DNA of 38,552 nucleotides from a virus: IMG/VR virus record IMGVR_UViG_3300028831_000592, positions 1 to 38,552 of that record; one strand, 5' to 3'. Shown piece by piece: positions 1 to 7,669 of this stretch (position 1 is its first letter; each line of letters starts with the position of its first letter). The notes under the pieces were generated by a model. It saw only the letters and a program-made list of their open reading frames with translations, ran no database searches and was not told where the DNA came from. The position numbers and the translations under genes were made by a program.

Positions 1-141
1 ACCTTTTAATTTTTTGCTTTTTGGTACATCCAATAGGCATCTTCTATGAAAAACCCCATAGTGGTAGTTGCAGCCCCAATTCCTCCGCCTATTACGCACG
101 CAGGGATACTCTTTCCACCTGCCAATCCGCCTATGCATCCG
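1..141. repeat. Terminal direct repeat, identical to 38412..38552. It indicates a circular assembly overlap or terminal redundancy, with a unit length of 38411 bp.
   Basis: Base-by-base reading shows 1..141 equals 38412..38552. Confidence 0.95.
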
Positions 142-299
142 AAAAATGCAGCACTAAGGGCTTGCGATAACATCAACATTGGGCTTTGGTAATTATAATC
201 AGTTTCTACAACGCTAGGCCCAGAGTACTCTTCAATTGTGCAGAGACCATATGTAGCACCACTCACTCTTTTGAATTCGTCAAAAACCAAGTTTCTCAT
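6..299 (-). CDS. Class II microcin / bacteriocin-like precursor B, with a double-glycine-type leader and a Gly-rich hydrophobic core.
   Basis: The N-terminus MRNLVFDEFKRVSGA fits the MRxLxxxELxxVSG(G/A) leader pattern. The mature part contains FFGCIGGLAGGKSIPACVIGGGIGAATTTMGFF. A 4-nt ATGA overlap joins it to the upstream ORF. Confidence 0.6.
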   Translation of the reverse strand: MRNLVFDEFKRVSGATYGLCTIEEYSGPSVVETDYNYQSPMLMLSQALSAAFFGCIGGLAGGKSIPACVIGGGIGAATTTMGFFIEDAYWMYQKAKN

Positions 300-544
300 T
301 GGAAAAGCTCCGGATGGTCATTTCTTATGATGCTATACATGATCAGAAATGGACCCATTTCCTCCCAAGAAGCCCCGGCGTCTATACGCGCCTGGAACTC
401 GGGAGGAAGCGAGCCATCCGCAGGGAGTGTAATCGACATTGAATCGTGAAAATGGACTATCGGCCCTTCTGTATGCGTATAATCTGCTGTAACACAAGCC
501 GCTCCCGAAATTCTATCTAACAAATCTGTCTTTAATAACCGCAT
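296..544 (-). CDS. Leader-bearing peptide A, with a double-glycine-type leader paralogous to ORF 6..299 and an acidic 67-aa C-terminal part.
   Basis: MRLLKTDLLDRISGA aligns with the leader of the next ORF. A GGGAGG RBS lies directly upstream of the ATG at 544, so I prefer the second Met of the 296..556 track ORF. Confidence 0.5.
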   Translation of the reverse strand: MRLLKTDLLDRISGAACVTADYTHTEGPIVHFHDSMSITLPADGSLPPEFQARIDAGASWEEMGPFLIMYSIIRNDHPELFQ

Positions 545-683
545 AGCACCTCCCATATGAATGTTTTAACGATATCACAATGGGAGGGATACGCAAATTT
601 ATTTTTTGTAGTCGAGTTTCTTACATTAGAACAGGATGAGATTGACTACTACAACTATTACTACTACTTCCCAGAAGCTCATT

Positions 684-1532
684 TTAAACCACTCCTGCAA
701 GTCTGTTAGCCAATTGATCTGACTGAGATTGAAGCTCAACAACCTTTTTCACAGGCTCAAATTCACCTAGGATGACAGATCCAGCTTTATGCATGTCTAT
801 ATCTCCTCTCTCAATAGCTTCATCATTATATAAAGCTGTATCAAGATCTATAGAAGAAGGAAGCAGGCTTAAAAGCCTCCTGAGTACGGTTTTCTTAGCC
901 ATAGCTTCAAGATCTGTTACCCAAGGACCTACCGTTCCCCCTTCAGATTCTCTATCCTTCTTTGCAGTTGAGCAACGTGCTCTTATAGCATGTACTTCTT
1001 TCATACTCATAAAATCAAATTGCTTGTATCCATTTTTATGGATAGCTACCGCATAAACCCCAATCAAAGTTCCCCTATCTTCACCTATACAAGGTTCATG
1101 TTCTATTCCAGGATCACTTCCTCTTTTATAAGAAAACTTATCATTCGAATAGACACAAGCCGTTTCAAATGCGGTCATTCTTTCTGACCTAAAACTCAAC
1201 TCTAACATTCCTCGATACCCCAACATCGTTGTGCACTCTTCAACTCCGGCTTTGGAGTTCCAGCGCTTTACTAAATAAATCCTTCCCGATATACCAGGCT
1301 CGAGTCCAAGTTGAGCGCATGACACAATGCTAGCACAAAACGATTCAGGAGTACACATACCCAATTGATCATTTCTTTTCATTTCTAACCAAAAGAGTTG
1401 TACTAATCTATCCTCTCGTAGAGTTGTTATTCCGGGCAATGCGTGTCTTATGCGGTCTTTTATCTTTAAAAGCGCGCTATATGACGTCCTCAAGTTGGCT
1501 TGTACTAATTCTTGTTTGCTATTACTGCTCAT
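684..1532 (-). CDS. recT: RecT-family single-strand annealing recombinase
   Basis: The 282-aa protein has CAQLGLEPG, GYRGMLEL and a C-terminal KKTVLRRLLSLLP, which are typical of RecT. It overlaps the upstream exonuclease gene. Confidence 0.85.
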   Translation of the reverse strand: MSSNSKQELVQANLRTSYSALLKIKDRIRHALPGITTLREDRLVQLFWLEMKRNDQLGMCTPESFCASIVSCAQLGLEPGISGRIYLVKRWNSKAGVEECTTMLGYRGMLELSFRSERMTAFETACVYSNDKFSYKRGSDPGIEHEPCIGEDRGTLIGVYAVAIHKNGYKQFDFMSMKEVHAIRARCSTAKKDRESEGGTVGPWVTDLEAMAKKTVLRRLLSLLPSSIDLDTALYNDEAIERGDIDMHKAGSVILGEFEPVKKVVELQSQSDQLANRLAGVV

Positions 1533-2454
1533 TTTTAAGCTCCTCGTTGTTTTTTAAAATAAATCGTCTTGACCCATTACAGGTTTTTGTGTAATTAATG
1601 TATTCATCTGGTTTTTCCTTCTTAAATCGCTCTGCATCAAATCGCACAGAGGGCTTGGATTCTTTCCATGTAGCCGATATTTTACCAGTTTTATCAACCA
1701 AAGTATCTTTATTTCCCATAAAAACTTTGATTTTATCAAGCATATTTTCCCTTTTGCTTAGGAGCGACTCAATGGCCAAATTCAGCTTTTCTAGATCATT
1801 CAGGCAATCTTCAATTTCCGAAGACGCCTCAATTGATTCTTTTTCAGCTTTAAAGCCATTCAGGCTGATTACCTCAGAAGCCGTCTTTGCAGCTGGAGGG
1901 TAGTTATTCACCACCAAGCTCCAGAAGTCGCGCTCCCTTTCTATAATCATTTCTTCCAGCCTCATATTGCGTTCTATGACGTAATACCTGAAGTCCACGC
2001 CTCTTATTAGAACAGCAATATAAGCCTTTGAAGCGCCAGTTATCGCCATATAATGAGCTAACTGAACCAGATAATGGTCGGGAATTTCATTGCTTCCATT
2101 GGCTCCCCATCCCCTATCACTTGAGGCCGTCTTAGCTTCGAATACAGCGTTTTCCGAGCTGATCCACCCATCTATATGCCCCCCAATGAAATTGTGCTCT
2201 GGATGCTCGTCGAATTCGTTCTCGTGGCTAATCTTGAGACCGGTTTCATGTTCGAACCAGGCGCGAATGGCTGGCTCTAGAAAGTTACCTGCCTTCACAT
2301 ACGGATTGTTCGATATGTCCTTAGCTTCTATCTGGCCGGTTTTTTCGTGCCACAAATCAATTTGATTCCTATAAGGTGACAGGCCAAGGATAATGGGGGC
2401 ATCCGAACCCCCAATGTAATGGATTCTATTTTCCAATTGCTCTTTAGTTAACAT
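1522..2454 (-). CDS. YqaJ-like (lambda Exo fold) recombination exonuclease
   Basis: The N-terminal motif IGGSDAPIILGLSPYRNQIDLWHEKTG is characteristic of YqaJ viral recombinase domains. The gene is paired with recT. Confidence 0.85.
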   Translation of the reverse strand: MLTKEQLENRIHYIGGSDAPIILGLSPYRNQIDLWHEKTGQIEAKDISNNPYVKAGNFLEPAIRAWFEHETGLKISHENEFDEHPEHNFIGGHIDGWISSENAVFEAKTASSDRGWGANGSNEIPDHYLVQLAHYMAITGASKAYIAVLIRGVDFRYYVIERNMRLEEMIIERERDFWSLVVNNYPPAAKTASEVISLNGFKAEKESIEASSEIEDCLNDLEKLNLAIESLLSKRENMLDKIKVFMGNKDTLVDKTGKISATWKESKPSVRFDAERFKKEKPDEYINYTKTCNGSRRFILKNNEELKNEQ

Positions 2455-2462
2455 TCCTACTC

Positions 2463-2645
2463 CTACACAGCTAAGCGCTTTTCGGCTGTTACGAAGTCGC
2501 TCACGATTAAGCTTCGAATTTTCCTTTTACAGAAAAATTCCTGTACCAACATCGCCATAAAAACTATAAAACTCACTGAGGCTATTGCAGTGACAAAAAT
2601 GCACACCACAATAAACAACGCCATAATAAAAAGTAAAATATCCAT
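2463..2645 (-). CDS. Small membrane protein (60 aa)
   Basis: An AAGGAG RBS lies upstream and the N-terminal 35 aa are strongly hydrophobic. The overlapping 2527..2757 ORF has no RBS. Confidence 0.55.
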   Translation of the reverse strand: MDILLFIMALFIVVCIFVTAIASVSFIVFMAMLVQEFFCKRKIRSLIVSDFVTAEKRLAV

Positions 2646-2656
2646 TTTGGTCTCCT

Positions 2657-2776
2657 TTAGTTTTGGAATTGCCAGTCATCTTTCCAAGAATCAGCTTCGT
2701 ACCAATATCTGGCCTCTTCATCTTCTTGTCTTTGTTGTAAGAATTCTCTATCGTCATCTAATAAATGTTCCATCAT
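2657..2776 (-). CDS. Small acidic protein, 39 aa (MMEHLLDDDREFLQQRQEDEEARYWYEADSWKDDWQFQN)
   Basis: Hand translation. The start codon directly follows the stop of the upstream ORF. It falls below the ORF-track cutoff. Confidence 0.4.
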   Translation of the reverse strand: MMEHLLDDDREFLQQRQEDEEARYWYEADSWKDDWQFQN

Positions 2777-2929
2777 TTAGTAATCTCCCTGATCTTCGTA
2801 CATATACATATCAGCCAGCTGGCGCTCATCTCCCCTTTCGTCTTGAGCAGGGTATAACCAAGCTAGAAGCTCTCTTTGATACTCTCTTATTTTGCGATTC
2901 GTTTCTATCTTGTCTTTATCTTCAGTCAT
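2777..2929 (-). CDS. Small protein, 50 aa (MTEDKDKIETNRKIREYQRELLAWLYPAQDERGDERQLADMYMYEDQGDY); first gene of the leftward early operon
   Basis: Hand translation. A GGAG RBS lies 7 nt upstream of the ATG at 2929, just downstream of the leftward promoter. Confidence 0.45.
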   Translation of the reverse strand: MTEDKDKIETNRKIREYQRELLAWLYPAQDERGDERQLADMYMYEDQGDY

Positions 2930-2975
2930 GTTCAGCTCCGGTTATCAGTAAGGCACAATTGCCTGACTTAAGGAC

Positions 2976-3004
2976 ATAGTACAAAACCGTAAACGATTTG
3001 TCAA
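2976..3004 (-). promoter_or_regulatory. Leftward sigma70-type early promoter
   Basis: On the minus strand: TTGACA (3004..2999), a 17-nt spacer, then TACTAT (2981..2976). Confidence 0.6.
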
Positions 3005-3039
3005 TACGTTTTAAAAGAAAAAATAAAAAAATTTTGTAG

Positions 3040-3068
3040 TTGACCAGACTATATTGTTGCTTTACAAT
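3040..3068 (+). promoter_or_regulatory. Rightward sigma70-type early promoter
   Basis: TTGACC (3040..3045), a 17-nt spacer, then TACAAT (3063..3068). It lies 34 nt upstream of the ATG at 3102, and GAGGAGG precedes that ATG. Confidence 0.65.
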
Positions 3069-3101
3069 GACGCCAGGCCATCTGAAAAATGAGGAGGATA
3101 T

Positions 3102-3320
3102 ATGGACCCAACAATTAAAAGTTACGCTGAAAAGATAATAGAAGAAATGGAAGCTAAGCGAATTGCTAAAATGAACAAGGCCAAAATAAAGTTAGTAAGC
3201 GCAAGATTAACCCCCGCTCAATATGACGAGCTCACGAGAAGATGCTCTGCTAATGGATTAAAAATTAGTAAGTTTTGTGAAGAGGCTTTGTTGATAGCGA
3301 TGAATGGTTTGCCTGCATAG
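3102..3320 (+). CDS. Ribbon-helix-helix (CopG/Arc/MobC-like) DNA-binding protein, a candidate early regulator
   Basis: The C-terminal half KIKLVSARLTPAQYDELTRRCSANGLKISKFCEEALL fits a beta-strand-helix-helix pattern. It is the first gene after the rightward promoter. Confidence 0.55.
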   Translation: MDPTIKSYAEKIIEEMEAKRIAKMNKAKIKLVSARLTPAQYDELTRRCSANGLKISKFCEEALLIAMNGLPA

Positions 3321-3467
3321 ATTAGGCCCCTCCCTGCCCCAACCGGAGCTGAACCCTGAAGGACAGAGAGGTCTGTTTTTTTACTACACCCGAAGGACCC
3401 TTCATGTAGGTTTTAAGGCGTAGTAGCTTTAGTGTAATATATTAGTTTGAAAATTAAAAGGTAATTT

Positions 3468-3749
3468 ATGAAAGAAGAACAACAAGATGATTTTTTTATG
3501 CCACGAATTATACCGGAGACTCTAAGAGATGCAACAGCTTTGGGACTGTATACCTATCTTATATTGGAAAAGATCGATTCCATACCGTTTCCGAGCCTAA
3601 CGGCTCGTCATTTTCCTGAGACTTCCGCCAATGAAATTGGGAGAGCTATAAGAGTTTTAATGGATTGTAATTTGGTTACTTATTGTCAGGAAGAGCATTT
3701 TATAACGGTATTAGACGGATCAGAATACAAAGCACCTAACAGAAATTAA
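3468..3749 (+). CDS. Small winged-helix-like protein
   Basis: A 93-aa ORF. LGLYTYLILEK....ANEIGRAIRVLMDCNLV resembles the N-terminal domain of the next replication protein. Confidence 0.5.
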   Translation: MKEEQQDDFFMPRIIPETLRDATALGLYTYLILEKIDSIPFPSLTARHFPETSANEIGRAIRVLMDCNLVTYCQEEHFITVLDGSEYKAPNRN

Positions 3750-3759
3750 TAAAAGATTT

Positions 3760-3795
3760 TCAAGCTTGGCAAATTGTTCACACCGCCAAGCTTGA
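3760..3795. other. Perfect 11-bp stem hairpin (TCAAGCTTGGC / GCCAAGCTTGA) with a 14-nt loop
   Basis: Read directly. It lies 10 nt after the stop of 3468..3749 and is not followed by a T-run. Confidence 0.6.
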
Positions 3796-3884
3796 TACGA
3801 GACAAAGATAAATGATAATAATACCTATACCGACAATAAGGAACCAAAGGATAAAAAGGTTCTCACTAACGATAAGGAGATTTC

Positions 3885-3977
3885 ATGTTACTTCGTAACG
3901 ATCTTAGTGTCAACACCTTAACTTCCTTATCAGGAAAAAAAAATCATTTCTGTGCCATCTGGCTAGATAGCGGCTAA
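3885..3977 (+). CDS. Possible 30-aa peptide (MLLRNDLSVNTLTSLSGKKNHFCAIWLDSG)
   Basis: An AAGGAG RBS sits 5 nt upstream of the ATG. There is no other support. Confidence 0.25.
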   Translation: MLLRNDLSVNTLTSLSGKKNHFCAIWLDSG

Positions 3978-4028
3978 ATTTAAATTTCAACCAAAGAATT
4001 TATTTTTAACCTATCCGAGGAAATAGCC

Positions 4029-5075
4029 GTGAAAGAACACAACATAGAAAAATTTATTCCCGATCCAGCTCATGATTTTGACGGACGGGAACCGAACGAA
4101 TTTCATCCATATTACATGACCCCTACCTTGGTAGCCCAAGATTTGCTTGACCCCTATGCATTCAGGATATGGTCATACCTTCAAAGTCTTCCGCCTGACT
4201 GGGACGTTAGAAAGGAGCAGATAAAGTCTCATCTAAAAATCAGTGAGAATGTTTACACACGGAGCATGTCTTTACTCAAACGGTGTCGGTTAATTGAATA
4301 CAGAAATTATAAGAATTCAAAGAACCAATTTGTTAGAACCAAGATTAGAGTTCTTAGCGGGAAAGATTACATAAAAATGGAAGATCTAGATAAGATTTAT
4401 CCACAGGAGGAGAAAAAAACCACTCCCATGAAATCCATTGTAGTGGAAGAATCGGTCGAAATTTCCCACTCCCATGGATTCCATAGCAGTGGAAATCCAT
4501 ACGTATGGAAACCGACCCCCCTTACAAATAATATAGATATACAAAATATAAAAACTACTACTACTGATCAGGTAGAAAAAAATAATCATCCACTAAAGGG
4601 GGATATAAGCACAGTCCACAGTAGTAGTCGTTTAGTTTTTGATCTGAGTTGTGTTAAGAAGTTTGGGATTGAGGAAAGACACATAGAGCAGCTCATGGAC
4701 ATGGGGATACCTCACCTAGCTATCCAGGAGTCCATGGAGAATTTTTCGAAGCACATGTCCTACGATGGATTCTCAGCCAAGATACAAAATCCGGTCGCTT
4801 ACTTCATGGGAACCATGCGACGAGCAAGATACTACTCAGCTCCTATGACTCAAAAGCAAAGCGATGCCGACTATGAAAAACGAATTGAGCGGCAAGAGGA
4901 GATCCGCCGCTCGCGTGAACTCGCGGCTCAAGCGCATGATGAGAGGTACGGGATCTCGCTAGATGATTTAGCTGATAAGCTTAAGGAAGCCCCAAGGCAT
5001 ATAGCGAGCATTCTTTCGAGCCACGTTAAGATACTGGACCCTAATACCATGCAGGAACGCGCAGGATGCGTTTAG
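4029..5075 (+). CDS. Replication initiator / replisome organiser with lambda O-like architecture
   Basis: GTG start with GAGG upstream. The N-terminal winged-helix-like domain reads FRIWSYLQSLP...ENVYTRSMSLLKRCRLIEY. A low-complexity linker is encoded by the iteron and AT-rich DNA, followed by a charged C-terminal domain. Confidence 0.6.
   Translation: MKEHNIEKFIPDPAHDFDGREPNEFHPYYMTPTLVAQDLLDPYAFRIWSYLQSLPPDWDVRKEQIKSHLKISENVYTRSMSLLKRCRLIEYRNYKNSKNQFVRTKIRVLSGKDYIKMEDLDKIYPQEEKKTTPMKSIVVEESVEISHSHGFHSSGNPYVWKPTPLTNNIDIQNIKTTTTDQVEKNNHPLKGDISTVHSSSRLVFDLSCVKKFGIEERHIEQLMDMGIPHLAIQESMENFSKHMSYDGFSAKIQNPVAYFMGTMRRARYYSAPMTQKQSDADYEKRIERQEEIRRSRELAAQAHDERYGISLDDLADKLKEAPRHIASILSSHVKILDPNTMQERAGCV
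4420..4560. repeat. Candidate replication origin inside the initiator gene, made of iterons plus an AT-rich tract
   Basis: Two 29-bp direct repeats, CCACTCCCATGrAwTCCATwGyAGTGGAA, lie at 4420..4448 and 4466..4494. A perfect palindrome TCCATACGTATGGA lies at 4496..4509. An AT-rich run lies at about 4525..4560. Confidence 0.5.
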
Positions 5076-5179
5076 AGGAAAGATTTATGTATAGGTAATG
5101 CGATGGTAGCCTGATAATATGAAAGTGTCTTAGAAGAGATTGTATTAATTTTTTGAACAATTAAACGAAAGGAGGCAAA

Positions 5180-5629
5180 ATGGAACCAAGAACAGGATGG
5201 GAAGAAGGTGGCATTTATCGACGAGCGCACAATAAGGCAATCAAGAAAGCTTCAATAAGCTGGCTTACTTCACTGGAGGAAGAAAGCGACGCTTACGAAA
5301 AGGCTTTTCAGAAGGAAGTTAACAAGATAATCTCACGAGGCGAAAAGTATGAAGCCCTAAAAGCCAAAGGTCGGGAAGATAGGCGACTAGCACGAGAAGA
5401 GCGGGTGGCAAAGTTTAAGAAAGAGGAAGAAGAAGCCATCGTGAAAAAAGCTTTTGAGCATAAGGTTAGCGCTATGATAGATTCTGAGCTTGAACACTTT
5501 CTAAAATTGGAAGAAGCTAAGCAAAGTGACTTCATTGACCAAAGGGAAGATTTTTGGGATTATAACGTTCTGCGATTTAAAAATAGCCAAAAGAACAAAA
5601 AATTAGGGGAGCAAAAATGCGAGAGTTAG
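5180..5629 (+). CDS. Highly charged (K/E-rich) protein, function unknown
   Basis: A 149-aa ORF with AAGGAGG upstream. Confidence 0.6.
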   Translation: MEPRTGWEEGGIYRRAHNKAIKKASISWLTSLEEESDAYEKAFQKEVNKIISRGEKYEALKAKGREDRRLAREERVAKFKKEEEEAIVKKAFEHKVSAMIDSELEHFLKLEEAKQSDFIDQREDFWDYNVLRFKNSQKNKKLGEQKCES

Positions 5630-5796
5630 AATTTTTCGAAGCCCATGAGGTTTCAGGTGCCGGGGATGTCTCTATCGATTACTTCGTGAGTCTGGACGAT
5701 GAGGAAGATGGGCGTAAAAGTATGTCAGTCTTCCTAAAATTCACCGGCGATGCAGAAGAAGATCTTATTATGGCGATTGATTCTCTCTTTTTTTGA
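5617..5796 (+). CDS. Small acidic protein, 59 aa (MRELEFFEAHEVSGAGDV...)
   Basis: Hand translation. A GGGGAG RBS is present. It overlaps the upstream stop and the downstream start, which suggests translational coupling. Confidence 0.45.
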   Translation: MRELEFFEAHEVSGAGDVSIDYFVSLDDEEDGRKSMSVFLKFTGDAEEDLIMAIDSLFF

Positions 5797-6215
5797 GATT
5801 GAGGCATGATGAAGCAGTTCTTCAAGCGGAAATTTTAAGCTGGTTTTCCATCCAATACCCTCACCTCGATGGGCTCCTGGTGGGGTATCCGGGTGGGATT
5901 AATTTAGATATCAAAACCAGATGTCGAATGAAACGAATGGGACTGAGGGCCGGATTCCCCGACCTTCAGCTGATGGTGTCCAAGAAGCTCGACGACCATT
6001 TGCACGTTGATACCATGGGCGCCTGCACGCGGTATACCCATAAGCAAAAGTTCTCTCATGGACTATTGATTGAGCTTAAGACGCCTAAAGGCATTGTTAC
6101 GGCTTGTCAAAAGGATTACCATTCCAAATTACGTCAGCAAGATTATACCGTTGTAATTTGTCGATCGTTCGAAGAAGCTCGTGATCAAATCCAGTTCTGG
6201 CTGATGCGAGTATAG
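5793..6215 (+). CDS. VRR-NUC domain nuclease
   Basis: GFPDLQLMV ... LLIELKTPKGIVTACQKDYHSKL ... VVICRSFEEARDQI matches the PD-(D/E)xK VRR-NUC pattern. The start is TTG, overlapping the previous stop. Confidence 0.7.
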   Translation: MRLRHDEAVLQAEILSWFSIQYPHLDGLLVGYPGGINLDIKTRCRMKRMGLRAGFPDLQLMVSKKLDDHLHVDTMGACTRYTHKQKFSHGLLIELKTPKGIVTACQKDYHSKLRQQDYTVVICRSFEEARDQIQFWLMRV

Positions 6216-6220
6216 AATTG

Positions 6221-6243
6221 ATGGCGGAGGACATCTCCGCCAT
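6221..6243. terminator. Hairpin between convergent genes, a candidate bidirectional terminator
   Basis: ATGGCGGAG-gacat-CTCCGCCAT, a 9-bp perfect stem. The flanking T/A runs are weak. Confidence 0.4.
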
Positions 6244-6269
6244 GATGGATTCCCATTCGTTTTTCTTTA

Positions 6270-6668
6270 TTAATTTCTTGGCCATTGACTTTCAAACCTC
6301 TTGCAGTAACCATCTTTCAATATTATGTGACTAAAAGCTTGAAATTCTGGATCTTGATCACATTTTTCAGGTTCATAATATGAAATTTCCGCACATCTTT
6401 GCCTCATAGATTCATATGCGCTAGCCTGATTGATATAGTTCAAACAAAAGTAGGAATGATGCATAAAAAGCTCAGCAAGGTTTTTATCGTCCATTTTTCC
6501 TTTTAGATCAACTAATGCTTTATGAATCTTTCTTAGCCTGCCACCTATCTCTTTAAAATCATATCCGTATTTATATCTTCTAAGTTTAACGCCTTTCTTT
6601 TTAAGAAACTGCTCGAACTCTTCTATTTTTTCAATAATCAACTTTCTGTCTAATTCCACGTCTACCAC
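6270..6668 (-). CDS. Hypothetical protein in the AT-rich leftward cassette
   Basis: A 132-aa ORF with a GTG start that overlaps the stop of the upstream small ORF. Confidence 0.55.
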   Translation of the reverse strand: MVDVELDRKLIIEKIEEFEQFLKKKGVKLRRYKYGYDFKEIGGRLRKIHKALVDLKGKMDDKNLAELFMHHSYFCLNYINQASAYESMRQRCAEISYYEPEKCDQDPEFQAFSHIILKDGYCKRFESQWPRN

Positions 6669-6802
6669 ACTTTCTCGTCAACATATTTTAAGCATTCTTC
6701 TAACTTCTCTTGAGTCTCCTTCATAAGAAACTCAAGCCACTCTATTTTCTCCAAGGCGGTTAGCTTTTGGAGGTCTTCTTTTTTTAAATCTTCGTACTTC
6801 AT
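6662..6802 (-). CDS. Small helical protein, 46 aa (MKYEDLKKEDLQKLTALEKIEWLEFLMKETQEKLEECLKYVDEKVW)
   Basis: Hand translation. It fills the gap between two minus-strand ORFs. Confidence 0.4.
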   Translation of the reverse strand: MKYEDLKKEDLQKLTALEKIEWLEFLMKETQEKLEECLKYVDEKVW

Positions 6803-6811
6803 TTTTACCTA

Positions 6812-7264
6812 CTAAAAATTGTTAGCTATTTTAATTATTTCTTCTCTTTCACTAGAGAGCCTTTTTAAACTATTCACTAAAGCCTGCTTTTCAGATTTTA
6901 ATAAAATGCAATCTTCATTTTTTAGACATTTATTTACTGTGCTTAGTCTCTTTTTAAGCTCTGATTCTACTCTTTCAAGTTGATACCTGTTCCACGAAGA
7001 AGTATGCGCGTATTCTTTCATCGAATCTATTAAAAGTTCGTAAGCTTTTTCAAATAGGCCAGCCGCAATTTCCTCCTCACCCTCTTCAAAATCCATTTCG
7101 CCACATCTCAGCTCTTTATCATAAATAGCCGATATAAGTTCCCACATAGCAGGAATCGCAAATTGATGAGCAAAGCTTCTTTGAAAAGAAGGAATTATAC
7201 CTATTTCATCAGCTTGCTCTAGAATATATTCAATTTCATTTATTAAATTTGTGTTCATTTTCAT
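6812..7264 (-). CDS. Hypothetical protein in the AT-rich leftward cassette
   Basis: A 150-aa ORF with protein-like composition. The three plus-strand ORFs opposite it are low-complexity F/L/S strings. Confidence 0.6.
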   Translation of the reverse strand: MKMNTNLINEIEYILEQADEIGIIPSFQRSFAHQFAIPAMWELISAIYDKELRCGEMDFEEGEEEIAAGLFEKAYELLIDSMKEYAHTSSWNRYQLERVESELKKRLSTVNKCLKNEDCILLKSEKQALVNSLKRLSSEREEIIKIANNF

Positions 7265-7300
7265 TTCCTCATTTGCCCCTTTCGGGGCAGTTAGTTATCT

Positions 7301-7528
7301 TTATACTAGGGATTCACTATATTTTTTTTGTATCCAGAAAATCTCGTATTCTTGTTTTTTTATGGATTCCTTTATTTCTTCTATCCTTTTTTCATCTGCT
7401 CCATTTCTTGCTTCTTCCTTCAATCTTTCACATTCTTCCTCGCAGCTTCTTATAATTTTATTCACATCTTCGAAATCCATTTTATTTTTTGGTTGGGCAT
7501 TTACTACCATCTTTGCAAAACTCATCAT
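7301..7528 (-). CDS. Small charged protein, first gene after the second leftward promoter
   Basis: A 75-aa ORF with an AGGAG RBS upstream. Confidence 0.55.
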   Translation of the reverse strand: MMSFAKMVVNAQPKNKMDFEDVNKIIRSCEEECERLKEEARNGADEKRIEEIKESIKKQEYEIFWIQKKYSESLV

Positions 7529-7579
7529 TTTTCAGCTCCTCGTTTTCTTGTTTCAGCACAATTGCTGTCACTTGAGATA

Positions 7580-7608
7580 ATAATAACAAACGTAAACTTT
7601 TTTGTCAA
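7580..7608 (-). promoter_or_regulatory. Second leftward sigma70-type promoter
   Basis: On the minus strand: TTGACA (7608..7603), a 17-nt spacer, then TATTAT (7585..7580). The spacer shares GTTTACGnTTTGT with the promoter at 2976..3004. Confidence 0.6.
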
Positions 7609-7669
7609 CACTTTTTGTAAACTTTTTTAAAATATTTTTCATTAACTACAAATTAGAGTAAGTTGAATC

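Noticed and set aside
186-449. 87-aa plus-strand ORF
   Set aside because: It is antisense to the two leader-peptide ORFs, has no RBS and has an odd composition. The minus-strand genes have RBS and overlap signals.
557-683. 18-aa hydrophobic mini-ORF (MSFWEVVVIVVVVNLILF) overlapping the recT stop, and a TTGCGT-16-TATCGT promoter-like pair (596-569, minus strand) upstream of the leader-peptide genes
   Set aside because: Both are weak. The peptide has no RBS and the hexamers are poor matches. I noted them but do not think they are supportable as features.
772-2365. Plus-strand ORFs 772-1056, 990-1187, 1598-1903 and 2090-2365, and minus-strand 1554-1739
   Set aside because: All lie inside or opposite the well-supported recT and exonuclease genes. 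They are shadow ORFs.
2527-2979. ORFs 2527-2757 (-) and 2590-2979 (+)
   Set aside because: The region is better explained by three short RBS-preceded minus-strand genes (2777-2929, 2657-2776 and 2463-2645). The plus-strand ORF runs against the leftward promoter.
7249-7630. Three overlapping plus-strand ORFs (68, 109 and 100 aa)
   Set aside because: They are F/L/S/I low-complexity translations of the antisense strand of AT-rich minus-strand genes. None has an RBS.
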